Positions 1-13,415 of a stretch of DNA of 64,000 bases are shown here, piece by piece (the first letter of the stretch is position 1; each line of letters starts with the position of its first letter). The notes below the pieces were generated by a model, which was not told where the DNA came from, searched no databases, and saw only the letters and a program-made list of their open reading frames with translations. The position numbers and the translations under genes were made by a program. Source of the stretch: Chrysomallon squamiferum (lineage: Eukaryota > Animalia > Mollusca); the NCBI GenBank assembly GCA_012295275.1, contig CM022678.1, positions 17,236,001-17,300,000 on the forward strand, given 5' to 3'.

Positions 1-1655
1 TTTTTCTGTGTGTGTGTATGTACATCTGTATATATGTGTGTACGTGTTTATATATATGTGTGTATGTTTACATTTGTGTGCTTTGTGTGTGTGCATGTAT
101 TGGTGTGTTTGTTCACTTGGGGGTGTTATGTGGGGTGTTTGTATATTTGCATGCTTGTTCTATGTTTTTGTATTTGTATATGTGTGTCTTTGTGTCTTTA
201 AAAGTGTATATATTTTTTGTGTTTATCTATATGTTTTTATGTTATATATTTTCTGTGTATATGTATCGTCATTCGTGTGTGTGTAGACGCATAATTTTTG
301 ACATTCCTTCGGTAGAGAACAGTACAGTAAAATTACGTCCTTACTGAGCATATAACACAAACAATTAATATAGTAGAAACACATGGTACACAGACATTGT
401 ACTGATAAGTGAAATCTTAATATACAGAGACAGATATCCATGCTTTATTTTACTCTAATTTAATTTATATTTTGTTTATTTCCATTTATTTCATTCTATT
501 TTAATTTTTTAATTTCATTTAATTTGTCTTCATTTATTGTATTTTTTATTTTTATTTTGTTTTGTTTATTTAAATTTATTTTAATTGATTTATTGAATTA
601 TTCTAAAGCCTAAATATACTTTTAAACATTATCTATTTAAAATAACAAAAATATTAATAATAATAAATCAAATTTTTTGTTTTCAAATCCGTTTATTTCA
701 TTTTATTTTAAATAAGTAATACAAATTATTAAATCAAGTAAATTATTTAATAAAAGAAAAAGAAAACACCCATAATATTCCAAAGTAACTTAAATGGGAT
801 TTGTACAATTCTATTATATACAAATATAAATTAATTGTTTCACGATCTCAGCACCAGATAGAAAATGTAGATTTCTGGTGTGAATGTGAGGTATTTTTTA
901 TTTCTTTTATAATTATTAAAACAAATTAGATTTAAGGATAATATGCTTGTCTTAGGTGACAATGAAGTTATATGAGTCGAATAAGTATAGTTTGTTCTCC
1001 CCACCCAACAATGCCGGATACAGAGCGATAGGTAGGCGAACCTTTCCAACTTGGTTAGTCGGTTACCTCATTTACTGTTAGTGTGTTATATATATCGACA
1101 ACTGGTTTAAACACTCACATTAATGTTGACTGTTTGAGCTATTAAAGGAAAAGTTAATACCTGTACCATTTAAAACGGCGCGTTTTACTTCTTTTTATAC
1201 ATCAAAGTAATATTCATTTCATTGTATCACTTTTGTAAATAAGTGTAAAAAAAAACACATATATAATTATAATAATAATGAATAAATAAATAAATAAATA
1301 ACAGGAAAATATTAAATATTTTGTTTTCTCTTACTAGTGTTTCTCCCTTACTATGTGCGTTTAGGCATATATCTGTACATACATAGATCCATACATATAT
1401 ATATAGATAAAGATACATACATACATACATGTATACATACTCATAAATATATATATGTATGCATCCATGTATGTATGTATCTTTGCGTGTATATATATGT
1501 GTATATATTTATGTATCTATACATGTACTTATGAATCAGTGCGTATACATTCGTAACTACATTCAAATTGAAGTATTTCCAGCCTAGCATGATCTCTATT
1601 CTAAATATAGTCATGCGTCATTGTAAAATATGAGAAAACGTTTATTTTTATTCGA

Positions 1656-1731
1656 TGACCTACAAGGAAACTGAAACTGCAAGTAGAGCAGAAGCCGCTA
1701 TAAACGAAAGAACATTCTAGAATTCTTGGAA
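1656..1731 (+). promoter_or_regulatory. Promoter module: TGACCT, ISRE-like GGAAACTGAAACTG, GAS-like TTCTTGGAA
   Basis: Motifs at 1656-1661, 1666-1679 and 1723-1731, about 170-245 bp upstream of the leader ATG. Confidence 0.5.
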
Positions 1732-1900
1732 AAATATAAGTATTTTTCGTTTCTTTCTTTTGCGTCTGAAGTATTTGACATGTTAAGATAGAGTGTTACC
1801 TATAGAAGAACGGATACTGGAAACTCGAATAACGTTCTCGCTCACGAATTTACAAGAACATTGGCATACACGATTCATAATGACGATAGTTGAATCAAAA

Positions 1901-1943
1901 ATGTCCTCAGTAATAATTCTACTGTTTGTTTTATCGCAGACAG
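1901..1943 (+). other. Orphan signal-peptide exon of the same family (MSSVIILLFVLSQT)
   Basis: 43-nt exon with intact CAG|GTAAGT donor, preceded by the family promoter block. No ShK or EGF exon follows before the next unit. Confidence 0.7.
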
Positions 1944-3801
1944 GTAAGTGTGTTTGACTTCTTTAAATATGTATTTGAATCTGAATGCTGCATTTGTGTG
2001 TGAGGTTTGTATGCCTGCGTGTTTTTGTGTGTTAAATTTGTTACAAACTTTTAAATGTTTAGGTCTCACAAAATAACTTAATTGTTTTATATTGTGTTAA
2101 AAATAATCTGAAAATCTAACAAGAGGACAGAAAAACATAGGATTCAGAAAATTAAATTGTAAACTTAGTAGTTAAATACAAGTAAATTAAATATAATTCT
2201 ACATCGCACACAATTTACAATATTAATGTATGTATCCATCTATTTATCCAGCTATCTATCTATATAAATGTATCATGTTTCAAATACATTGTGTGCGGAA
2301 ATATACGTACATCTGATGATGAAAAAAACAATTATATGCTAATCAGAGACTTTGACATACAAATACATAAAGCCGTAGAATTTATTTCCAGTGATTTGTG
2401 TTCCTACGTTAAATAATTTATTATTCCTTTTCTTCTAAAAACAAAATTTTGTATATATATGAATATACTGCATGTATAATATTCTCCAAAGTGACTGTAT
2501 TAATAGTCCTTCATACTGAAAAAACTTTCGTAACGTTTCTCTCCCTATTTCCAAGTAACAGATGTTTTTCATTACAAAGATTAATATTTTATATGTAGTA
2601 AAACACAGTGAAATTGAAGCTTAAATCGACTACACGTGGAAACTTTGTCTGACAGCTGTTGTTGTTTACCTTGTAGCTAAATCCAGGACTAGCAGTATAC
2701 ATAAGAGTTGAGCTTAAATAAGTGTTCTTATTTGACACTCGTTACTTTCATTTGGTGGTGTTTGCGTTTTTGTATGCTTGTTGTGTGTTTTTATGTGTAT
2801 ATATATTTTTTGTGTATGTATATATGTGTACATATTTTTGGGTGTGTGTCGTGATTTGTGTGTGTGTGTGTCCGTGCACGCATAATTTTTGACATTGCGT
2901 CAGTAGAAAATAATTCAGTGAAATTACGTCCTTACTGAGCACATAACACAAACAATTAATATAGTAGAAAGACATGATAGCCAGACATTGTACTGATAAG
3001 TGGAATCTTAATATATAGACACAGATATACATGCTTCATTTTACTTTACTTTACTTTAATTTATTTAATTTAATTTATATTTATTTCATTTCCATTTATT
3101 TCATTTTATTTTAATTCGATTATCTAATTTCACTTCTTTTGTCTTCAGTTATTAATTTCATTTCATTTTATTTTATTTTATTTATTTTGTTAATTAAATT
3201 TATCCTATTTGATTACTGAGCTACTGTAATGTCTAAGTATATTTTAAACAATTATCCATTTAAAATAACAAAAAATATTAGTAATAATAAATTTAATTTA
3301 ATTTAAGTTTATTTCAAATCATTTTATTTCTTTTGAATTTAAATAAGGAACAAAAAAAAAAAAAAAAAAAAAAAAAAAAGATAAAAGAAAAACGAAAAAC
3401 CCACACTATTCCAAAATAATTTAAAAGCCACTTGTACATTTCTATTATATACAAATATAAATGAATGGTTTCCCGAGCTGAGCATCAGCTAGAAAATCTA
3501 GGTTTTTGGTGTAAGTATACTGAGGTATTTTTTTTAAAGTGATTAAAACAATTAAGATTTAAGAACAATATATTTGTGTTAGGTGATAATGATGTTAGAT
3601 GAGTCGCTTAAGTATAGTTTGTTCTCTCCACCCAACAATGCCGGATACATAGCAATAGGTAGGCGAACATTTTCAACTTGGTTAGTCGGTTACCTCATTT
3701 ACTGTTAGTGTGTTATATACATCGAGAACTGGTTTAAACACTCAGAAAAATATGAAAAACATGTTTATTTTATTTATATCCTGTCACCCATGACCTACCT
3801 T

Positions 3802-3814
3802 GAAACTGAAACTG
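3802..3814 (+). promoter_or_regulatory. ISRE-like element
   Basis: GAAACTGAAACTG in the same position upstream of the leader exon at 4036. Confidence 0.5.
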
Positions 3815-4035
3815 CAAGTAGGAAAGAAGCGACCATAAACGACAGTTCATTGTGGTATTACTGGAAACATATAAATATTTTTTGTTTCTTTTTTCTTCGT
3901 CTGAAGTATTTTACATGTTAAGATAGTGTGTTACGTATAGCAGAACAGATACTGGAAACTCTAATATCTTTCTCACTCACAAATTTACAAGAATATTGAG
4001 ATACCCGATTCGTAATCACGGAAGTTGAATTAAAA

Positions 4036-4078
4036 ATGTCCCCGGTGATAATTCTACTGTTAGTTTTATTGCAGACAA
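4036..4078 (+). other. Second orphan signal-peptide exon (MSPVIILLLVLLQT)
   Basis: 43-nt exon with CAA|GTAAGT donor. Intron-1 homology runs to ~5600 and then joins directly to sequence found 3' of copies A and D. Confidence 0.7.
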
Positions 4079-5699
4079 GTAAGTGTGTTTGAGTATTTTT
4101 TTAGAAACGTATTGAAATCTGAGTGCTGCATTTGTGCATGAGTTGTGTTTGTGAGTATGCGCGAGCGATATTTTTTGTGTCAAATATGTTAGAAACACTT
4201 AAATGTTTAGGCCACATAGAATCAATTACTTCATTTGTATTGTGTTAAAATAATCAGACACTCTAATAAGAAAACATGGACTTCAAAACCCAGGATTCAG
4301 ACAATTAAACTGTAAACTCGGTAGTTAAGTATAATTAAATGCAATATAATTCTACATCCCACACAATTTATAATATCTGTCTATTTATCAATTGTTTATG
4401 TAGCTGTCTATCAATATACACGTAACATGTTTCATTTACACTTTCCGCTGAAATATACGTACATCTGATGATGAAAAAACTATTATTGGCTGATCGGAGA
4501 CTTTGATATAAAAATACATTTAGCCGCAGAATTTACTTCCAGTGATTTGTCTTCCTAAATTATCTAATTTAAATATATACTACTACTCCTACTACTACTA
4601 CTACTAATAATAGTACTAAAACTACTATTACAAATAATAAATGTGTGCGTGTGTGTTTGTGTTTTTGTGTGTGTGAAAGATACTCCGAAGTGCCTGTTTT
4701 GAAATATTTTTTCTCATTTATCAATTCTGGATTTATTTTCTGAATAAAAACTGCAGTAATAGATAATTCTAAGTCGTATATTTGTTCGCTGGGTAGCTTT
4801 CTTATGGGTCATCTGTTATGTTTCAATCTTTTAAGCTCATCGGTATTATTCTGAAAGCTTTCATCCTACAAACAGACTCAACCAAACAAATGTTCAGCCT
4901 CTTGGCATCATTTGTGTATGGAACATAAATTAGTTTTCTTACTGAGAGCGGTAGAAAAGCTTTTCGGAAAACTTTTGTAAAGTTTCTTCACTATTTCCGA
5001 GCAGAAGACTCTTTTCATTATTATGTCGTTAGAAAGATCAATATTTTAGATGTAGTGAAACATTTAAATTGAAGCTTAACTCAACTAAGCTGTCGAACAC
5101 TTGTAGAAGCCTCTGAACACTCACCCGCCTCCATTCTCCCAGGTTATGTAGGTCTATACGTTTAAATACAATTTAATGCTTACAAGAATAACATTTATTT
5201 TGAAGCAATATCTATTTTTGTTAATTACCATCAAGGTTGTGTTAAACGTAATGATTGAGATTCATTATGTGTTAACTTAATGAAAATAATTTGTATGGTA
5301 AGCGATCAAGTCAGTTATGGAGATCTAATATAATTTTAGAATGCAAATCTTTTCTCTGTACAGCGCATAAAAATTTGAATTCCAGTATTCTTATAATGCG
5401 ATAACTTGGTCATTTGTACTACAATTCTTATTAAATCCTGTTTGAACTTCAAATAATAGACTGGGTGATACATGAGAAATGGTTGCTCTGCAACAACAAC
5501 AACAGTAACAAAAAATATGTATGTAAGAATATTTGTAACTATGTATGTATTTAGGTATGTTGGTATGCACGTATGAATGTATGTTTTTATGCATGTTTGT
5601 TTATGTGTATATATCTAAAACAAGACTACTACTGTTTGTTGTATGTTGTATAATTATAAACAAAATTTTCATATCGTAATATTCTAGTTAGAAATATAT

Positions 5700-6200
5700 T
5701 TCAGTTAGTTTGATCACAATGTACAATTATTTCACTTTTTGTTAGTTTCATCTCAGTGCAGAGTTCTTTCGTTAGTTTTGTTAGATTTATCACAGTGAAG
5801 AGATGTTTTCTTATTTTTGTTTGTTTGATCACAATTTAGAATTACCTCCTTATTTTATCTTAGTTTCATCAGAATGCAGAATTGTTTCATTATCGTTGTT
5901 AATTTCATCACAATGTAGATTTGTTTCATTATTTTTGTTAGTTTCATGACAAGATAGATTTGTTCAATTATTTTTGTTAGTTTCATGACAAGATAGATTT
6001 GTTTCATTATTTGTGTTAGTTTCATGACAAGATAGATTTGTTTCATTATTTTTGTTTGTTTTATCATGCAGAGTTGTTTTATTATTGTTATTAGTTTTAT
6101 CACAATGTACTGTTGTTTCATTAGATTCCTTTGTTTCATATCCATGCAGAGTTGTTTCATTATTGTTTGTTAGTTTCATCATAATGTAGAGTTGTTCCAC
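5700..6200. repeat. Degenerate ~39-bp minisatellite (GTTAGTTTCATCACAATGTAGATTTGTTTCATTATTTTT)
   Basis: About a dozen tandem units; source of the repetitive MKQIYLVMKLT ORFs. Confidence 0.85.
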
Positions 6201-6721
6201 TTTTATTGGTAAATATCTGCAACTGATAATACGAGAAATTTAAATGTTGTAAAAAGCAGAAGTGATTTTATGTTTATATTAAGGTCATATGGAAGTTAAG
6301 AAAGTAAAATATTTACATTTTGTTTTAACAATGAATAATATTTGTAACTATACGTAATACTGAGTTTATGTGCCTGGGCGTGCTCCTGCTTCATGTATTG
6401 TTTTAAGACATTTCAAAACAGTTTTTATTTTCTTCTGTTTTATACTAGTAATACTAATAACAGTTTGAGTTGTGTGGTTGGGATACTGAAAACAATAATA
6501 AAAACATTAACAACAGCTGTTATAATAAAAGCTTTAAAATCAAATAAGTCTCCTTATCATATTCTTCCTTTTTCATAGACTGTAGTCTGTCATATAGAGA
6601 TGTATGCAATTGTAAGTTTAGCTCTCTCTCGTTATCTCAGTCTGTCTCTCTTCCTGTCTCTGACTTTATCTGTGTATGTGTTTGTTCATGTGTATATATG
6701 TTGTATATATGTGTGTGTGTT

Positions 6722-6779
<58 letters not shown>

Positions 6780-7675
6780 TATGTTTTCATATGTTTATGT
6801 CTGTGTATGCATGCAAAATGTTTAGCATTGCATCAGCAGAGAAGAGTGCAGAGGAATTACTTCCTTACTGAGCAGATAACAAAGAAAATTAATACGGTAA
6901 CAACACATGATCCCCAGACATTGTACTTAAAATACAGAGAAATAGATACATGTTTTACTTTACTTTAATTTCATGTCTTTAATTTAATTTGTATTTATTT
7001 CATTTGCATTTATTTCTTTTTATTTTAAATCCGTTAGTTAATTTCAGTTCGTTTGATTTGATTTATAACTGTTAATTTATTTTATATTGGTTAATTAAAT
7101 TAAATTTATTAAATGTAATGAAATATTCTGATTTCTAAATATACTTCTAAAAAGTATTCATTTAAAATACCTACCAATTAATAACATAAATTTTATTGAA
7201 GAATAACATACTTGTCTTAAGTGATAACATGAGTCGCATGAGTATTGTTTGTCCTCTCCACCCAACAATGCCGGACACACAGCGATAGGTAGGCGAACAT
7301 TTTCAACTTGGTTAGTCGGTGTCCTCCCACCTAGCCAAAAACCTAAACAAATCAGTCTATTACAACAACACTGGGTTTTGGTTAGGTGGGAGTTGGGTGG
7401 TGTGGGATTATCATTGGTCAGTCTCATATGTACACACTCATCAACATCACTATCAGAGTACTGCTATCTACTGAGCTATATTCACACAATATAAAAACGG
7501 ACCATACAACTTAATACCGATTTATATCAAAACATTTGTAAATAAACTAGAAACCTTTAAAAAAACATTGAAATGTCTTGCTGGGGATATTATCATAGTT
7601 ATAGCTGTCAGTTATTGCTAGAACAAATTCTGTCTACGGCTGGTTAAATAGTTTACGGTTTTCATTCACGCGGGC

Positions 7676-7716
<41 letters not shown>

Positions 7717-8314
7717 CAAATAATAGCCACAAATAAATAAATAAAAGTAAGGAAATGTAGATGAATACACGTCGTTTTCTTCTAAAATACAATTTCCTTC
7801 ATGTGTGTCTGTGTGTGTGTGTGCGTGTGTGTGTGATTGTATATTTCAATGTATGCAAGCATTTATGTATCTGAATACATACAAACATACATATATACAT
7901 ACATACATACATACATACAAATATGCATTTATATATATTTATACATACATACACATATATACATATATACATACATACACACAACATACATATATACATA
8001 TATACATACATACACCACATACACACATACACACATACACCATACGTAGTACCATATATATATATATATATATATGCAATATATGTCATTTACACATGAA
8101 TTAAACACACGAAACCCACTGGAACGGATTAAACACCAATAAACCCACACGTAGGCTTAATTATGTATGCATGTATGAATCAGTCTTTTTCCTACGCACT
8201 TACAAAGGAAATATTTCCTGTGGGTACGACATCTATTCTAAATATAGACTAGCCTCAGTGGAAAATACGGTAACATGTCTATTTTTAGAACTTAGCTATT
8301 CCCGTGACCTACGA

Positions 8315-8328
8315 GGAAACTGAAACTG
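8315..8328 (+). promoter_or_regulatory. ISRE-like element, copy A promoter
   Basis: GGAAACTGAAACTG about 240 bp upstream of the ATG. Confidence 0.55.
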
Positions 8329-8938
8329 CAGATAGGTCCGAAGAGGCTATGAACGACTCGACATTCTAGAGTTTTAGTGCGAAAATACAATTTTTTGTTT
8401 TGTTTCTTCTTCTTTTTTTCTTCGTTAAAAAAAGTATTTAACATGTTAAGATAGTGTGTTACGTACAGAAGAACAGATACTGGAAACTTGAATAACTTTC
8501 TCGCTCACGAATTTACAAGAACATTGAGATACCCGATTCGTAATGACGGAAGTTGAATTAAAAATGTCCCCGGTGATAATTCTACTTTTTGTTTTATCGC
8601 AGACAGGTAAGTGCGTTTGAATTCTTTAAAACTGTTATTCAGTCTGCGCACGTGTGTTGTGTTTGTATGTGAGGTGTGTGACTGTGTGAGCGTGTGTGCA
8701 TGCGCTTGTGTTTTGTGAATGTGTGTGCGTGCTTGTGTGTGTGTGTGTGTGTTCGCGTTCTTGTGTTTATGTGTGTGCGCTCTGCTTGTGTTTCTTTCTG
8801 AATTATGTAAGAAACGTTTAATGCTTAGGCCATATAAAATAACTTAACTGATTTTGTTTTGTAACCAGAATGAAATAACCAGACACTCTAATGAAAATAA
8901 TTAAAAAATTTGGACAAGTATAAATCTACATTCCACAC

Positions 8939-8976
<38 letters not shown>

Positions 8977-11258
8977 GCCGATATAAATATATTAAAAGTG
9001 TATTTAAAAGTATAATATATATATCAATATCAGTATCTATATATTTCTATATACGTATATCTGATTATGAAAACACAATTATCGGTCATCAGGATCTGTG
9101 TTCCTAAATTAAATACTTTAAATATATATATTTTTTTTTACTTATTTTTTCCTGTTATTTTTATATTTTTTTATAATTTTTGTTTTATCGTTATTGTGTT
9201 TTCTTATTATGTTTATTTATATTTCTATAATAATAACAATAGCAGCTAAAAAAATATATATATTGTATGTATAAGATATTCCAAAGTGCCTGTATTAGTA
9301 GCCCGTCATACTGGTTTGAAATATTTTAACTGACTTTTCAACGCTTTATTTAGTTTCTGTATGACCAGTCATCTGAATAAAAACTGCACTAATGTACAAT
9401 ATTAAGTCGTGTCTTTGTGTTTACTGCGTGAATGTTATCTCGTATTGCGAACCAGAGAGATTGATTTCAGTCAGAACTGTCTGGATAGCCGCCACCTCGT
9501 TATGGATCACCTGTTGTGTTTCGTTTAAGCTGATCGTGTTATTCTACAAGCATTCGTCCTACAAACAGATTCAACCAAACAAATCTTCAGGCTCTTGGCG
9601 TCATTTGTGTATCCAATATAAATGTTTTTGTGTTTTTGCTTACCGAAAGCGGTAAAAAACTTTTATGAAAACATTTCTTTGAATTCCGAGAACAGACTAT
9701 TTTCATAAAGATATTTTTAGAAAGAGCAATATTTTGAATGTAGTAAAACACATTGAAATTGAAGCTTAAAGCAACTACGCTGTCAAACACTTGTAGAAGC
9801 CTCTAAACACTCACCCGCCTCCAAACATTCTCCAAGGTTATGTAGATCTATACGTTTAAATATAATTTAAAGCTTACAATCGTAAAATTTAGTAGTTTGA
9901 AGCACTATTTATTTTGGTTAATTACAATCAAGGTCGCGTTAAACGTAGTGATTCGGGATTCCCCAACTATCAACTTAATGACAATAATTTGTATGGTAAC
10001 TGAACAAGTCTGTTATGGAGATCAAATAAAATTTTAGAAAAAATAAATATATATATATATATTTTTTTTTTACACCGCATGAAAATTTTGTGTAATAATC
10101 CTCGCTAAATCCTGCTTGAGCTTCAAATAAAAGGTCAAACACAATTTTAATCTATTATTTAACACAGCAGTAAAAATAAATGTAACAGCTTTATAATTCT
10201 ACCCCACGAAGTTAATCTTAATTAATAATGAAGTATCACTAGAAATAAGTAGTTTAACAATACTGAGTACAGTATAGAAATATCTGGGAGCTGTTTTTAT
10301 TTCTGTAGCCGTGAAGTCATTACATATAGGACGTATCTTTTTGCTCTAAAGCAGAGGTCGTTAACCTTGTCGCTAGGAACATCAGTAGACTTTATTTTGT
10401 GACCTTGTCGCTAGGAACATCAATAGGCTTCCTCTCTATTTTGTGACTGTTGTCTGAGCTCCCCTTTCTTTCTCTCTCTATCGCTCTGTCGAATTTTTTT
10501 TTTTTGAGGCCCCCCTATATGCTATGCCTTTAAATTAAAATAGCAAATTTACAGATCTCAGAATTTTGGAAATCTTTTAATAAGTTTTGTGGATTCTATC
10601 TTTAGTATGACTCTCGATTTGTTTGGAGTCTAATCTTACTGAGGCCCCACGCAATTTTTGAGGAGCTAAGCTGAAATATATTCGGCAACACGTTCTGAGG
10701 AACTGTTACTTTTTTAATCATTAAATTCTGATGAATTATTATTTTAAGTTTTAGTTAAATTTGAATAAATGTTGTTTATTTAATTCTGAAATTATTGTGT
10801 GTCTGATGGGCATTCCAACTTTTCACTGTTTTAAATTGGTGATACCTGAAAAATAGTTACCCTGCAACAAAACCAACATTAGCAAAAAAAAACAACAACA
10901 ACAAAAAAAAAAATAAATAAATAAAAAAACAAAAACAACTTTATAACTAGAAATAACAACAAACTAAGAAATTTGTGTATGTTTGTATGTAATAAATAAA
11001 TAAATAAATAAATAAGTAAAAAATTTACAATATGTGTTTGATTATAAATAGATGTATATATATATGTATGTATGCATGTTTATTTGTGTATGTATGTATG
11101 TATGTATGTGTATGTATGTATGTATGTTTATATTTCAATGTAAATATATACAATATGTTTGTGTGAATTTGTATATGTTTGATGTATGTGTGTATGTTTG
11201 TATGTATACATTTAGGTTGTGAACAATATTTGATATAATTTTTTTTCAACTTGTTCAG

Positions 11259-11367
11259 TTTCAGTTAAGACTTTCACATGTAAAGACAACGCAGAGCTAT
11301 GTTCCCTTTCAAAACTGCAAGCCGGAAAACGAAATGAACTGTATGAAGACTTGCGGAGTTTGCACAG
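11259..11367 (+). CDS. ShK-like domain exon, copy A (+1 nt)
   Basis: CKDNAELC...CKPENEMNCMKTCGVC after correcting one extra base; phase 1-1. Confidence 0.72.
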
Positions 11368-11399
11368 GTAAAGTTATCAGTGTTTTTTAGCATAGCAAG

Positions 11400-11900
11400 A
11401 GATCAGGACAGGAGGATAGGATAGATAAGGATAGATACACAGGATAGTTGATATGTTAAGTAAGGATAGATACACAGGATAGTTGATATGTTAGTAAAGA
11501 TATAGATGTACACAAGATAGTTGTGGTATTATGTAAGCACAGATACACAGAATATTTGGTTTGTTAAATGAGGATAGCTAACTAGGATAGAAGAATCATA
11601 CACATCTCTGAGATGATAGATACCAGATAGGAACGGATATATTAGGAGGGATATGTGCAGAATACAATTATACTAGATATGTTATTCAGAATTCCTTGCC
11701 AGTAGACATATTTTAGGTAGGATAGATACGCATAATAGATAATAGCGTACAAAGGAAAGCTATGTATTAGGCAGGATATCTCGTATAAGTAAGATATGTG
11801 TACAGGTTACAGCTATGTGAAGATATGATTGATAGATACACTTAATACTTGGCATACCGGTATACTAGATATATTTCAGAGGATAGATATATAGGATGTA
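11400..11900. repeat. Degenerate AGGATAGATACACAGGATAGTTG repeats in intron 2 (also ~27350-27800, 40270-40700, 50490-50850)
   Basis: Recurring GGATAG units spaced ~35-40 bp directly after each ShK exon. Confidence 0.7.
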
Positions 11901-12219
11901 ACGCCTGGCAGTTTAATTTTGTGAGTGTACACATAAACATACGAACATACACACAAATACAACACAGTCACAAAAACATGAACATTTTTTAATTTGTGTT
12001 AATAAATAAAACGATTTTTCTTTTTGTACACATGCATACTGAGACACACTATTTCTATTTTAATTTCAGTAAGTCAATATAGTTAATTTCATTTACTCGT
12101 GCACCCAAACCTTGTATCTACTCTCTCAGTTTATCTTTTAATTACTGCAAATGTGGTAGAAGTGCACACACAACATCCTATATTTCTGGGTAAACTAATA
12201 CCAGCAATTCTATTTTTAG

Positions 12220-13415
12220 ATGAGGGGTGTTCTGAAGGTTATTACCATGGTGATGGCGACACGTGTTTTTCCTGTTCTGTCAAAGACACAAAAAATTCAC
12301 AAAGTTACAAAGAAAAATGTAATACATTTTGTCCCAATAACAAAACGCATGGTATAAACTGTGATAAAACCTGTAGTGACAATTGCTTGGATAGAAGATG
12401 TTACCAGTGGACGGGATATTGTGAACGTTGTCCTTCTGGATTCTCTGGACCACGTTGTCAGCAGCGTTCTCACTGTAATAAGACCGACGACAAAGGTGAC
12501 TGCATCGGTGACTGTCTTCCTGGTTTTTGGTCCAAAGTGCGAAGAAAAGTGTGCAGACAGATGTAAAGACAAAGTCTGCAACAAAAAGACGGGAGAGTGT
12601 TTACAATGCACTGAAGGATTTTTGGGTAAAACGTGTCAGCTTCGTTGTTCAGATAACTGTCTAAACAATTCCTGTAATAAAAACAAACAGTGCTCTCAAG
12701 GTTGCAAAGTTGGGTTTTTCGGAATGTACTGCTCAGAGAAATGCAGCGCGAACTGTCTACATCATGAATGTAATAGGAAAAACGGATCGTGTAAGGATGG
12801 CTGCATTTCTGGTAAATATTACGGAGACCGTTGCGACAAAGACTGTCCTCATCGTTGTCTGAATTCTACGTGTGATCGTAAAACCGGGAAATGTAAGAAC
12901 GGATGCAACGGAACTGATATTTATGGGGCATTTTGCAACTATTCTTGTGGTTCGGAATGCCGTGTTCGGTGTGAAAATATCTCCGATTACGTTGAGTGCA
13001 GGGCGGTTTGTGTCAGCGGAAGAAAGGGAGAACACTGCAGCGATTTCTGTCCTAGGAATTGTAAAGGATCATGTCATCAGCTTTCAGGACGATGTCTTCA
13101 TGGCTGTCTTCCTGGTTACCATGATATCTACTGCAACAAATCATGTCCTAGGAATTGTAAAGGATCATGTGATCAGCTTTCAGGACGATGTCTTCATGGC
13201 TGTCTTTCTGGTTACCATGGTATCTACTGCAACAAATCATGCCCCGCTAACTGTCTGGGAAGTGCATGCCATCAAAACAACAGAACGTGTGTAGACGGAT
13301 GTGTAACGTCGTTCTATGGACCGACGTGCTCAAATCGATGCAGTGACAACTGCGCTGAATGTGATGCTCTAATGGCATCAACTGTATTTGTCTTCAAATA
13401 ATAGTCACGACGAAT
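12220..13415 (+). CDS. Multiple EGF-like repeat exon (MEGF10/SREC-like), copy A
   Basis: Repeated CxxxCxxxxC...GxC...CxxGxxGxxC units, split over ORFs 12099 and 12361 by a frameshift. Confidence 0.88.

Noticed and set aside
8-441. Many short ORFs rich in Y/I/C/V/M/H/T here and throughout the window
   Set aside because: They are translations of TA, TG, TACA, ATT and CT microsatellites, with no domain signal or splice context.
5700-6200. Regularly spaced repeats resembling a CRISPR array, and the periodic ORFs 5855-6160 and 5964-6200
   Set aside because: The units are contiguous and degenerate with no unique spacers, there are no cas genes, and the context is eukaryotic: a minisatellite.
6393-6578. 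61-aa ORF MYCFKTFQNS... present three times (6393, 21685, 60616)
   Set aside because: It lies in recently duplicated AT-rich 3' flank and is disrupted in the more diverged units near 36.4 kb and 44.5 kb.
7158-7494. ORFs 7158-7427 and 7249-7494, repeated at 22490-22793
   Set aside because: They span the junction between a conserved non-coding block and an insert, are not preserved in the other units, and show no recognisable domain.
12872-13294. Alternative-frame and antisense ORFs overlapping the EGF exons in all copies
   Set aside because: These are shadows of the Cys-rich repetitive coding frame, and their recurrence is explained by paralogy.
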